NCBI GenBank assembly: GCA_965226495.1
Contig: OZ245365.1
Span: forward strand, 2,528,001 to 2,592,000
Reading direction: 5' to 3'
DNA length: 64,000 bases
Source: Candidatus Marinacidobacterales bacterium
GTDB taxonomy: Bacteria; Acidobacteriota; Vicinamibacteria; Marinacidobacterales; DATDRI01
Shown here: one piece after another, positions 1-9,301 of the stretch
How positions within the stretch are numbered: the stretch's first letter is position 1
How the letters are laid out: each line of letters begins with the position of its first letter
Notes under the pieces: generated by a model
Database searches by the model: none
The model's input: the letters and a program-made list of their open reading frames with translations, nothing else
What the model was told of the DNA's origin: nothing
Position numbers and translations under genes: made by a program

Positions 1-1
1 T

Positions 2-829
2 GCCCTCGAGGCGTACATGCTTACGTTGGGCAGGCAGGAGGAGCTGAGCCTTCCCCTCCCTTTGAAGGGTGAGCGAGCTCTGTTGGGACAAGAACTCTTC
101 ATCGACAAAGACCAGAAAAACGCCCGTTGCAACACGTGTCATATCAATGCGAGTGCTTCGGCGATGAGCGCCGATGCCCGCGCCAAGGGGCAATTTGTCA
201 ACTTGGGTAGCATCCACCTCAATACCGGCGAAGAGAACTTGGACAATGCTTTGATTCACAGTCTCCCGGTCGACGACGGTTTCGGTACTCCCGGATCCTT
301 CCGGATGAATACGCCCTCGGTGGTGGAAGCGGCGGACGCCGGCCCTTTGTTCCACAGTGGCTTCTTCAATACGGTCGAAGAGGCGATCGACTTCTACAGT
401 ACCGACGCCTTCAACAACTCCATCTCCGGGCGTAACATGACCCGAGATTTTGGCGGCCCTACCAATCTGAGCGCTGCCGAAGTGCTCGCGCTCGGCGCCT
501 TCCTGAGGGTCATCAACGCACTGGACAATATTCGGGAAAGCACCGAGCTCCTCGAGGAAAGCCTCGAAGTAGCTTGGTTGGAACGCGAAGACAAAAAGCG
601 CCTATTGCGCGAAGCCAACTACGAGACGGAGGACGCCATCATCGTGTTGGGAGGTGTTCATCTACATCCCATCGCCGTAGCTCATCTCAGGAAAGCGGAA
701 GAACTAACCCAAGAAGCTTTGGACAGCGCGCTTTCTAGAAGCCGACTGACCAAGGAGGCCCTCGCGAAGCACCAGAAGGCCCGAGCCGACCTCATCGAGA
801 TCTCCGAAAAGCTCGAGGGTGGACCCTAG
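2..829 (+). CDS. Cytochrome c peroxidase/MauG-like protein, C-terminal part (5'-partial)
   Basis: Heme motif CNTCH and 'MNTPSVVEAADAGPLFHSG..TVEEAIDFY' segment typical of the CCP/MauG second heme domain; frame is open from base 2, so the gene starts before the window. Confidence 0.7.
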   Translation, partial: ALEAYMLTLGRQEELSLPLPLKGERALLGQELFIDKDQKNARCNTCHINASASAMSADARAKGQFVNLGSIHLNTGEENLDNALIHSLPVDDGFGTPGSFRMNTPSVVEAADAGPLFHSGFFNTVEEAIDFYSTDAFNNSISGRNMTRDFGGPTNLSAAEVLALGAFLRVINALDNIRESTELLEESLEVAWLEREDKKRLLREANYETEDAIIVLGGVHLHPIAVAHLRKAEELTQEALDSALSRSRLTKEALAKHQKARADLIEISEKLEGGP

Positions 830-844
830 AACCCTGCTGTTTCG

Positions 845-1987
845 TCAGGCGCCCCAGATTTGCTCGTAGGCCCGGAGCAAATTCTCACCGAGCACCTTGC
901 GAACGTCTGGCACCGACCATCCGCGACGTAGCAGCGCCCCTGTCACATTGGGTGTCTCGGCGACGTTTTCATAGCCTTTTACGAAGACCGACGCGTCTAC
1001 GAACATCTCGCGCGGGAAGATCGATCGGTTGACGTTCCCATAGTCGATATTCCGCCCCACGACGAAGTCCGAAGCAAGGCTAATATGATCGACGCCGACG
1101 AGCTTGCGCACGTAATCGAATTGATCCACATACTCTTCCACAGTCACTTGACGGATTTCATCTAGGTGCGCATTGGTTTTGTTCCGCACCAGAAAGTCGT
1201 TCACCGGAGTTAGCCCAATCACCCCACCGGTCCTGGCCACTGCTTCGATGAGCCGGTCGCTCACGCAGCGGGGGTTGTCGTTCAAGGCTTTCACGTTACT
1301 ATGGGTGCACATCACGACACGGCCGGCCGACATCTCGATGGCGTCGAGACTCGTTTGCTCGCCGGTGTGTCCTCCGACGTCGAGAACCATATTCAAGCCG
1401 TGAATCTCTTCCACCAAACGACGCCCGGCTCGTGTCAGTCCCATTTCAGGCTCGAGACACCCGCCTCCGAAAATATTGGCGACGTTGTACACAGGCAGGA
1501 CGATTCGCAAGCCAAGCTCGTAATAGGCGCGAAGAGCCGTCTTAGGAGGACCGAATCGGGAGTTCTGCCCGTCACCGAGAGCGTCAGCGCCCTGCCACCC
1601 GAAAACCATAGAGAGCTTCCCTTCCCGATTCGCATCGCGGATATCTCGTACGCTCCTCGCAACGACCAGCTCGTGAGGATGCTGATCGATGAAGTTGTGT
1701 GCGTCCGCAAACGCCTGTACGCCGCCGATGGTCGCGTGCCAGCCATCCACGCCGCCCTTCCGGAGTTCAGCGAGAAAAGCTTCGGTCAAGGCGGCTGGAA
1801 TCAGTCCATCGAAAACGAGGGTTGACTTGTGGATCGCCAGCGGGTCTGCCCCGCCGGCCTCTTGACCGGATACCCTTGGAAACACCGAGCTCGGTGGAAA
1901 ACTTGCGCCCCATCCATCGGAAATTCCGGATAGGCTCGCGGTCGCCCCCACGAGCGCGGCCTGCCGCATGAAGTCTCTTCGGTTCAT
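845..1987 (-). CDS. Membrane dipeptidase (peptidase M19) with Tat signal
   Basis: MNRRDFM twin-arginine signal; GLTRAGRRLVEEI, HSN...NPRCVSD and GVDHISLASDF motifs. Confidence 0.85.
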   Translation of the reverse strand: MNRRDFMRQAALVGATASLSGISDGWGASFPPSSVFPRVSGQEAGGADPLAIHKSTLVFDGLIPAALTEAFLAELRKGGVDGWHATIGGVQAFADAHNFIDQHPHELVVARSVRDIRDANREGKLSMVFGWQGADALGDGQNSRFGPPKTALRAYYELGLRIVLPVYNVANIFGGGCLEPEMGLTRAGRRLVEEIHGLNMVLDVGGHTGEQTSLDAIEMSAGRVVMCTHSNVKALNDNPRCVSDRLIEAVARTGGVIGLTPVNDFLVRNKTNAHLDEIRQVTVEEYVDQFDYVRKLVGVDHISLASDFVVGRNIDYGNVNRSIFPREMFVDASVFVKGYENVAETPNVTGALLRRGWSVPDVRKVLGENLLRAYEQIWGA

Positions 1988-2042
1988 CGCTGACTCCTTC
2001 TCTCTTTCGTTTAGGGCGTCTTTCGTTTATGACGACCCTTGT

Positions 2043-3671
2043 TTACGAACCGGGCGGATCATTAGTCCGGCGCAATACGCGGCCCGGTTTCGCCCCGGTG
2101 TGCTGCCCTTTGTCGACCACCACCTTGCCGTTCACGAGGACATGGTGGATACCGGTTGAATAGTGGAGCGGATCTTCGAACGTCGCGATGTCGGAAGTCG
2201 ACTGCGCGTCGAAGATGACGACGTCGGCTTTCTTTCCCACTGCGATCTGTCCGCGGTCCACCAGTCCCAAGCGACGGGCTCCGTGCAACGTCATCTTGTG
2301 AATCGCCTCCTCGAGCGTCAGGACCCCTCCTTCGCGCACGTACTTTCGGAGCATTCGAGGGAAACTCCCTAGAAAGCGGGGATGGGCCCTCGCTCCGCGA
2401 AAAGTCTCGAGTGTGATGGACGACCCGTCCGAACCGATATGCACCCATGGCAGCTGAAGCGCCTTCGTCAAATTCTCTTCGGTGTTGTTGAGCGTCATGG
2501 AGTAAGCACTTCCTTCTTCCTCCAAGACCACGTCCATCACTACCACCGCCGGATCGACGCCCCGTTCTGAAGCGATCTGTGCGACGGTCTTGCCATTGAC
2601 CGATTCATCGGCCGAGCCGATCATCATTCTCTCCCAAAGTGAGGGGTCACCGCCTTCGAGCTCCTGGCCGATGCGCCGCCGCATTGTCTCGTTTCTCAAT
2701 CGCTCGAGCAACTTCTCGATGCCACCTTCTTGCGCCCATGCTGGAAGTCGTCCTCGAAGTCCGCCCATCCCTCGGAGGTAGGGGTAAACGTTTGCGGTGA
2801 TATCCAAACCGTTACTGCGGGCCTGGTCGATCGTGCGGGCGAACTCATCGTACTTCTCGCGCGCCGACGAGTTCAGGTGCATGATCTCGACGGGTATCTT
2901 GGCTTCTCGAGCGATACGGATGGCCTCTCGGAGGCCTCGAAGAGGCTCTTCTCCCGTTTCGCGAAGGTGGGTTCCGTACAAGCCTCCATAGTCTGCCGCC
3001 ACTTCTGCCAGCGCGATTAACTCTTCGGTCTCGGCGAATATGTTGGGGACGTAGGAAAGCCCTGACGAAAGTCCGACCGCCCCTTGCTCCATCGCTTCGG
3101 CGACGAGGCGTTTCATCTCCTCGAGCTCGCTCTCGGTGGGTGGCCGGTCTTCATACCCAATGACGCAAGTCCGCACCTGGCCGGAGCCGACGAAGGACGC
3201 GACGTTGGTGGCAATCCCCTGCTTTTCGAGAGTTTCGAAGTAGCCAGCGAGTGTCGTCCAGGTTACTAGGGGCTGTTGAACTCGCTCTTCGTCGGCACTG
3301 AACGATCGCGGATCCGCTTTGCCCTGAATCGGACCGGCCGAGGACTGCTCTCCGAGAAGCTGGGTCGTGACCCCCTGCAAGACGAAACTGGCGGCCCGCC
3401 CGTCCAGGACCAACGCCCGCTCCGAATGAGCGTGCATGTCGATGAAGCCGGGCGAGACAACGAGTCCTCGGGCGTCGATGATGCGATCGGCCGAACCTTC
3501 GATATCCGGCCCCATCGCGACGATGGTGTCGCCGCGGATGGCGATGCGGAGCTCTACGCCACGTTCTCCGGTTCCGTCGATCACGTTGCCGTTGGTGATG
3601 AGGATATCGTACTCCTCGGTAGGGAGTGACCCGAGGAGCGCGAGGGCGGCCAAGTATGCGATCGCTTTCAT
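2043..3671 (-). CDS. N-acyl-D-amino-acid deacylase (D-aminoacylase), exported
   Basis: PGFIDMHAHS, QGVTT, GLSSGLSY, HPRFLGSFPR and DRGQIAVGKKAD motifs; start moved to MKAIAYLAAL signal peptide (ATG at 3671). Confidence 0.85.
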   Translation of the reverse strand: MKAIAYLAALALLGSLPTEEYDILITNGNVIDGTGERGVELRIAIRGDTIVAMGPDIEGSADRIIDARGLVVSPGFIDMHAHSERALVLDGRAASFVLQGVTTQLLGEQSSAGPIQGKADPRSFSADEERVQQPLVTWTTLAGYFETLEKQGIATNVASFVGSGQVRTCVIGYEDRPPTESELEEMKRLVAEAMEQGAVGLSSGLSYVPNIFAETEELIALAEVAADYGGLYGTHLRETGEEPLRGLREAIRIAREAKIPVEIMHLNSSAREKYDEFARTIDQARSNGLDITANVYPYLRGMGGLRGRLPAWAQEGGIEKLLERLRNETMRRRIGQELEGGDPSLWERMMIGSADESVNGKTVAQIASERGVDPAVVVMDVVLEEEGSAYSMTLNNTEENLTKALQLPWVHIGSDGSSITLETFRGARAHPRFLGSFPRMLRKYVREGGVLTLEEAIHKMTLHGARRLGLVDRGQIAVGKKADVVIFDAQSTSDIATFEDPLHYSTGIHHVLVNGKVVVDKGQHTGAKPGRVLRRTNDPPGS

Positions 3672-3865
3672 TAGAATCCTAAACGAGTTGGTCGAATACG
3701 AGTTCACGATTCTAGTACCAAAAAACGTCGGTCGCCAACACCGAATACAGTGTGCGTATCTGGCACTGGCTCCGATGCGGGCGGCGATGCTAGAGTGGGA
3801 TGCCCAATCCGGGGTTCCCAAGGCTCGATCCACTCGAACCAGAATAGGGCTCAAGGAGGCAGGTC

Positions 3866-5270
3866 GTGAAAAAAACAGTCCTTCTCTTCGCGTTGATCTT
3901 TCCTTGTTTCCCCGCCTTTGCACATTCTACGCAGAGCTCCAACCAGCTCGGGAACAGGGACACTCAGAACTTGTTCGAAACGATAGACGAGAATAGACAG
4001 CGCCATATCTCTTTCCTGAAGAGGCTGGTTGAGGCCACAGAGGCTGGTTGAGGCCACAAAGGAAGGCGAGGAGAGTGTTCAACGTGTCGTAGCTGAGAGG
4101 TTCAAGGAACTTGGTTGCAAAGTTGACGTTCTGAGGATCCTCCCAACAAGCCTCAAGCTTAAGAAGCAGTTCGTATCGTCGGACCTTATCGATCTGACCG
4201 AACGCGTCACCGTAGTCTGTACGATCAAAGGCTCAGCCGAAGGCAAAAGTCTCCTGTTTTTCGCTCACCCCGATAGCCAGCCGGTGACTTCGACGCCTCA
4301 AGACGGGCATCGTGATCCATTCAAGGCGACCATCGTAGGCGATAAGATCTTCGGATGGGGTGTAGCAGACGACCTGGCAGGTGTTGCCATCATGGCCGAG
4401 GCCGTCGACGCAGTACTAACCGCGGGATTGCATCCCCGGGGGGACGTGATTCTGGGTAGCACTGCGAGCAAGAGAAATGCACTAGGTATCATAGCCCTGC
4501 TGAGCAAGGGCTACCATGCAGACGCCTCTATTTATGTTCACCCCGCCGAGTCCGGTGCAGGATTGAACGAAATCAAAGCCTACGCCTCCGGTATGCTCAG
4601 ATTCCGAATCACGATCTCCGGCCGACAGCCCAGCACAACGGAGCCTGATCAAACGGCGTTCGCTCACCTTGGAACCAGTCCCATCAATAAAGCGAATTTG
4701 ATCATGCAGGCTTTGGAGGAACTCGACGCCAGGCGTGGCGAAAGAATCTACCACAAGGCTATAGATGCAGCCGTTGGAAGATCGACTAATCTCCTAATCG
4801 GTCATATTAGCTGCGGAGACGCCAAACGGATCTACCAGATGCCGAACGAATGCGTGATTAGTGCGAGCATAACATTCCCACCGAATGAGGAGCTCAGCGC
4901 GGTGAGGAAAGTCGTTCAGAGCACCGTTGCCGAGGCCGCTGACACCGACCCCTGGCTCGCCCAGCACCCACCATCCATAGACTGGATTTTCGGAGCCCCA
5001 GGCGTGGAAGTACCCACCGACCATCCGTTGTATCAAACGGTTAGTGACGCCATGCGAGCCGCGACGGCTAGAACGCCTCATCTCAATCCGCTCCACTCGG
5101 CAAGCGATATTCGAAATCCAATTCTCTTTAGCGGCATCCCTACTGTTGGTATTGGTCCGCTTGGGGGAGGCTTGAAAGTGACAGGAGGAGAAGACGAGTG
5201 GGTTGATCTCGAGGACTACATTACCGCGATCAAGGTAGGCGCAAAAGTCATCGTAGAATGGTGTCGGTAG
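3866..5270 (+). pseudogene. M20/ArgE-DapE family deacylase split by a 19-bp tandem duplication
   Basis: ORF 3866-4051 (signal peptide ...FLKRLVEAT) and ORF 4029-5270 (LVEATKEG..., FAHPD, GWGVADD) join into one ORF if one copy of gaggctggttgaggccaca is removed. Confidence 0.8.
4021..4058 (+). repeat. Perfect 19-bp tandem duplication
   Basis: gaggctggttgaggccaca at 4021-4039 and 4040-4058. Confidence 0.95.
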
Positions 5271-5341
5271 CTCTCACGGAAAACCAAACAGGGTCCCGAC
5301 GCTTGTTGGCCGCTTTGCGTCTCTACCTTCGCGTATTCTTG

Positions 5342-5369
5342 TTGACATGTGGAAAAACTGATCTATCCT
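5342..5369 (+). promoter_or_regulatory. Sigma70-like promoter of DUF885 gene (also 9434-9461)
   Basis: TTGACA-16 nt-TATCCT. Confidence 0.55.
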
Positions 5370-5535
5370 ACATTGCCCAACGGCGCGGTGTTCCAGTCCA
5401 CGGGTCCCCGCTAGGCCCGGCGCTCATGACGCCTGTTACTGAATTTCCTCCACTAAACGACATCAAAGCGGCTGGTTCAACCCGCCTTCGGCGCCTCGAA
5501 TCAACGGCTCTCGAATCTTGTCTCGGAGGAACGTC

Positions 5536-7230
5536 ATGAAACGCTTACGAGTATCAAAAATCGCGATCGGCCTGCTTGGCGTGTGCCTCCCCCTCGCCGC
5601 CCAAGGTACTTCGCAAAGCGGTTACCAACAGTTGGTCACCCTCGACAAAGAGTTCCTGGAATTCGCGAAACCCAAGCAAGTCGACGGCATCCCGGACTAC
5701 GGTTCCGAGGCGATGAAGGCGCAGAAGAAAGGCCTGGAAAACCTTCGGCAGCGTTTGGCGGCCATCGACGCCGACTCCTGGCCGACTAACCAAAAGGTGG
5801 ACTATCTCCTGGTGTGGGCCAGGCTCAATGAGCTCGACTTCGCCCACCGCGTGATGCGACCCTGGGCCCGAGACCCGACGCTCTACCTCGACCTGGTGAA
5901 CCGTTTGCCCTATATCGAGGTTCCCGTCCCGGAAGGCAAAGCGGCTCCGGCAGGTCCGAGAAAACTTCATCCGGTTATCCCGCGCATGTCGAAGACCGAG
6001 TTCCGCAACAAGTTACAAGCGGTGCCCGAGATCATGGCCGAGGCCCAGACCAACCTGACGGTTCCCGTGGGAGAGCTCGCCCATATCACACTTTTCCATC
6101 TAGAGAATTTCGACGGTGTGGGAGCGCGGGAGCCCTACCGCGATGAGCCGCCTGACGGCACCATCGGTTGGTATCAAGACTTGTGTGAGCGGCTCGCGCA
6201 ACACCAATCGGACCTCGTCTCCGATTGCCAAAACGCCCTCAAGGCCCTCGAAGGCTATCGGGATTGGCTCAAGGCGAAGGTCGACGAGATGCCCCAGTCG
6301 GCGGCCATCGGAATAGACAATTTCAACTGGTACCTCAAGTACGTCCGGCTCGTACCTTTCACGGTGGACGAGTTGGAAGCGCATGGCGAGCGGGAGCTGC
6401 AGCGCTACCGCGTCAGTTACATCATTGAGCGGAACAAGAATCGCAACTTACCCGAGCTCAAACTGACAGAGTCCAGAGAAGAGCACGAGGAGCGGACACG
6501 GAAAGCGGAGCAGAAGATTCGAGCTCTTATTGCCTGGCAGGACCTCTTGACCATCCCGGACTATATGCCCCCGGAGTTCGAAACCGACGTGTTCTGGAGC
6601 TCGAGAGCGCCGATCAAACGGCACTTCTGGGAGGAGATTCAGTTCCGGAACGCGCTCAACAACCACATCCACGCGTCCATCCCCGGACATCGTTTCGACG
6701 TAAGGCTCCGGGACCACCTCACCAGCCCCATCCGTCGTACCTATAATGACTGGAATCGCAGGCAAGGATGGGCAGTCTATCTCGAGGAGATGTTCGTACT
6801 GGCCGGTCTCACCGATGACAACCCTCGCGCCGCCGAGCTCTTCTACGCTGCTCTCATGAAACGGGCAAGCCGGATCTTCGCAGAGACGAAAATGCACAGT
6901 GGCGAGTTCACGCTGGCCGAGGCCAATCAGTTGATGATTGACTCCGTTCCCTTCATGGAAGAGGACTTAGGGCGTTACGACCTGGAGGGTTATCTACGCC
7001 GCCCCGGCGGGGGGAGCAGCTACCAGATTGGGAAAATACAAGTCGAACAATTAATGTTCGATCGGGCAACGCAGCTGGGAGATGAGTTCAATCTGAAGGC
7101 CTTCCACGACGAATTTCTGTCCAAGGGCATCATCCCGGTAACCTTGATTCGCTGGGAAATGACCGGTTTGGACGATGAAGTAAAGCCGCTGTGGGTAGAA
7201 GCAGTTGGGCCGCAACCGTCGGAGGATTAG
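5536..7230 (+). CDS. DUF885 family exported protein, copy 1
   Basis: Signal peptide; IPGH, GWAVYLEE and SYQIGKIQ...LGDEFNLKAFHDEFL..G.IP motifs; GGAGG RBS before ATG 5536. Confidence 0.85.
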   Translation: MKRLRVSKIAIGLLGVCLPLAAQGTSQSGYQQLVTLDKEFLEFAKPKQVDGIPDYGSEAMKAQKKGLENLRQRLAAIDADSWPTNQKVDYLLVWARLNELDFAHRVMRPWARDPTLYLDLVNRLPYIEVPVPEGKAAPAGPRKLHPVIPRMSKTEFRNKLQAVPEIMAEAQTNLTVPVGELAHITLFHLENFDGVGAREPYRDEPPDGTIGWYQDLCERLAQHQSDLVSDCQNALKALEGYRDWLKAKVDEMPQSAAIGIDNFNWYLKYVRLVPFTVDELEAHGERELQRYRVSYIIERNKNRNLPELKLTESREEHEERTRKAEQKIRALIAWQDLLTIPDYMPPEFETDVFWSSRAPIKRHFWEEIQFRNALNNHIHASIPGHRFDVRLRDHLTSPIRRTYNDWNRRQGWAVYLEEMFVLAGLTDDNPRAAELFYAALMKRASRIFAETKMHSGEFTLAEANQLMIDSVPFMEEDLGRYDLEGYLRRPGGGSSYQIGKIQVEQLMFDRATQLGDEFNLKAFHDEFLSKGIIPVTLIRWEMTGLDDEVKPLWVEAVGPQPSED

Positions 7231-7607
7231 GCTCCGTCTAGAACATTTTTATGATCTTTTTTTAGAAGGTAAATCTAATACTGAACTTGACATACCTATT
7301 CTGATCAACCGTTAAGCATAGTACTGCCTAAGGCATTATATATGTCGATAAAAGCGCCCAGCTTTCCGAAGTCTCAAATCCCTTCGGGTCGCAGCTATAC
7401 ATGAGTTGAGTAAGCATGTCGCTCTTGCTCCCGAATGCGCCGAAAAGAAGGCTGTCGTTCGTGGACCACCATTCAAACTCTCAACCTATAAGAAAAGACA
7501 TGGAAAAGACAAAGAACTTAGACAACTTTTTAAAAATCGGTTCTTAAAAACATCGTTTTTCAACGTCGGTTTTTAAGGAAAAATATTCTTTCAAAAAGGA
7601 GGACGTA

Positions 7608-8813
7608 ATGAAAAAAAGATTTAAGACGTTACGAAACGTCCGATTATTCCCTTTCCTCATCATGCTTATGGCCATAGTGCTTATAAGTAGCTGCTCCCCA
7701 TCAGAACCTAATCCGTTCGATGTTAGTATTACCCATGTCCCTTCGGTTAACTATGCTGCCCCACAAGGAATCTACCTGGAACCGGAATCTTCTAAATGGG
7801 CATATCCCACAAGTCCATATGCTTACACTCAAAGTCTTATCTGGTTCCTCCACTTGGTTTTCGAGTCACAGGAAGACGATACTCTTAGTTTTGAAGAGGT
7901 AGAAGCCTTATTTAAACGTGAGGGTGAAGTCCTTTGGAAAGAAACATTCTCCAGGGAATACCTCAGGCGGATGGAATGGATAAAGGGTCCTTTCGAGATG
8001 ACTACCGAATATTTCTTAACGAAAATCAATATGGGAAAAGACATGATATCACGTGAAAAGGATATCACGTCGGAACTTCCTGCTGGAGGAACAATATCTT
8101 GGGTACGCATACCCTTTGCTCGTCCCTGGTTTGCACAGATTGACCGCATCGACATGAGATTCAAAGTTCGCGATTCTAAGGGTAATTCGGGTGTGCTTTC
8201 ACATTCGATACCGATTACCAATTATAAGCAAAAGGTAAAGCTGCGACTTCCATTCTCTGGCGTTTGGCAAGTAAGGGCCGGAAATGATCTGACCGCCGGT
8301 CATCGCCGGACCGGCTTGAACGGTTTAAGTACAACCGGCTGGGATTTTATGAAGGTTGATCCACCTGCCGATCCCGGCTATAGGGAGCCGATACTGGCAG
8401 CGGGCGATGGAGTGGTAGTGGATGTACGGAATGACATTACGAGAGTGGGTATGGAGGAACCGTACGAGCCTGAATTCTTGAAAAAAGATACCGACCGTTT
8501 TATTGACTCTTTTGTTTCCATAGATCATGGGAATGGTGAGTATTCTTTGTACGCTCATTTAGATAAAGGTGGCATAGTCGTAAAAGTAGGAGACAAAGTA
8601 AAGGCAGGCCAAGTTATTGCCCGGGACCGTTTGACTGAACATGGCTATCTCGGGTTGCATTTTAATCTGATGACGAAAGGGGAGTGGATCGAAGGGAAAG
8701 GACTACCAGCCATGTTTAGCGACTTCGAACGAGTCCGGGCGGGCAAAGTTCCTGTGTATAAGATAGAGCTTGGAAACCCGATGTCGCAATGGTACGTCCG
8801 TCACATCGAGTAA
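7608..8813 (+). CDS. M23 family peptidase-like lipoprotein in AT-rich DNA
   Basis: Lipobox ISSC; PILAAGDGVVV, IDHGNGEYSLYAHL and VKVGDKVKAGQVIA motifs; AAGGAGG RBS. Confidence 0.8.
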   Translation: MKKRFKTLRNVRLFPFLIMLMAIVLISSCSPSEPNPFDVSITHVPSVNYAAPQGIYLEPESSKWAYPTSPYAYTQSLIWFLHLVFESQEDDTLSFEEVEALFKREGEVLWKETFSREYLRRMEWIKGPFEMTTEYFLTKINMGKDMISREKDITSELPAGGTISWVRIPFARPWFAQIDRIDMRFKVRDSKGNSGVLSHSIPITNYKQKVKLRLPFSGVWQVRAGNDLTAGHRRTGLNGLSTTGWDFMKVDPPADPGYREPILAAGDGVVVDVRNDITRVGMEEPYEPEFLKKDTDRFIDSFVSIDHGNGEYSLYAHLDKGGIVVKVGDKVKAGQVIARDRLTEHGYLGLHFNLMTKGEWIEGKGLPAMFSDFERVRAGKVPVYKIELGNPMSQWYVRHIE

Positions 8814-9301
8814 TAAAATCTAACAAAAAAGAAGAGAATGGGACGATGACAGGCGACGCCTGATGGCGTCCTACGACAAGCTTGAGGAGAGAGGCATTTG
8901 CATACCGATCAATGAGACCTCTTTTAAGGACACGACACGCGCCCACCCCTTGTCGGCTGCGGTGGATGCAGACATGAAGGATAGGCAATTTCGGAACCAC
9001 TGCTACAAATACATGAATCCGAAGTTCCCGCTACCGAAGCGCGGTATTCAGGCGCTCGGAGCACAGAGCAGCGAAGAAGTCTGCGCCACGGTAGGCTCGG
9101 GTGAAGTCTTGAAAGGCGGCGGTGTAATCATGCGCACGCCTACATCATCCCTACTTCTGGCAGGGCTCAATGTCATGGCACATACTCACGGAGGTGGCCA
9201 CCACCGAGTCGAGCCGATCTCCAGCACCAGATTCTCGCCGACGTCAAGATGCTGAGGCCCTACTTTCTCCACCACCGCGAACTCCTCGGTAGGGAGTGGC
9301 C

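Larger units (their letters stand above)
5210..7240 (+). repeat. 2,031-bp direct repeat, copy 1
   Basis: Matches 9302-11332 at offset 4092; differences seen by eye only at 5325/9417 (a/g) and 5351/9443 (g/a). Confidence 0.95.

Noticed and set aside
8863-9255. 130-aa ORF after the M23 gene
   Set aside because: No RBS or recognisable motif; probably decayed DNA
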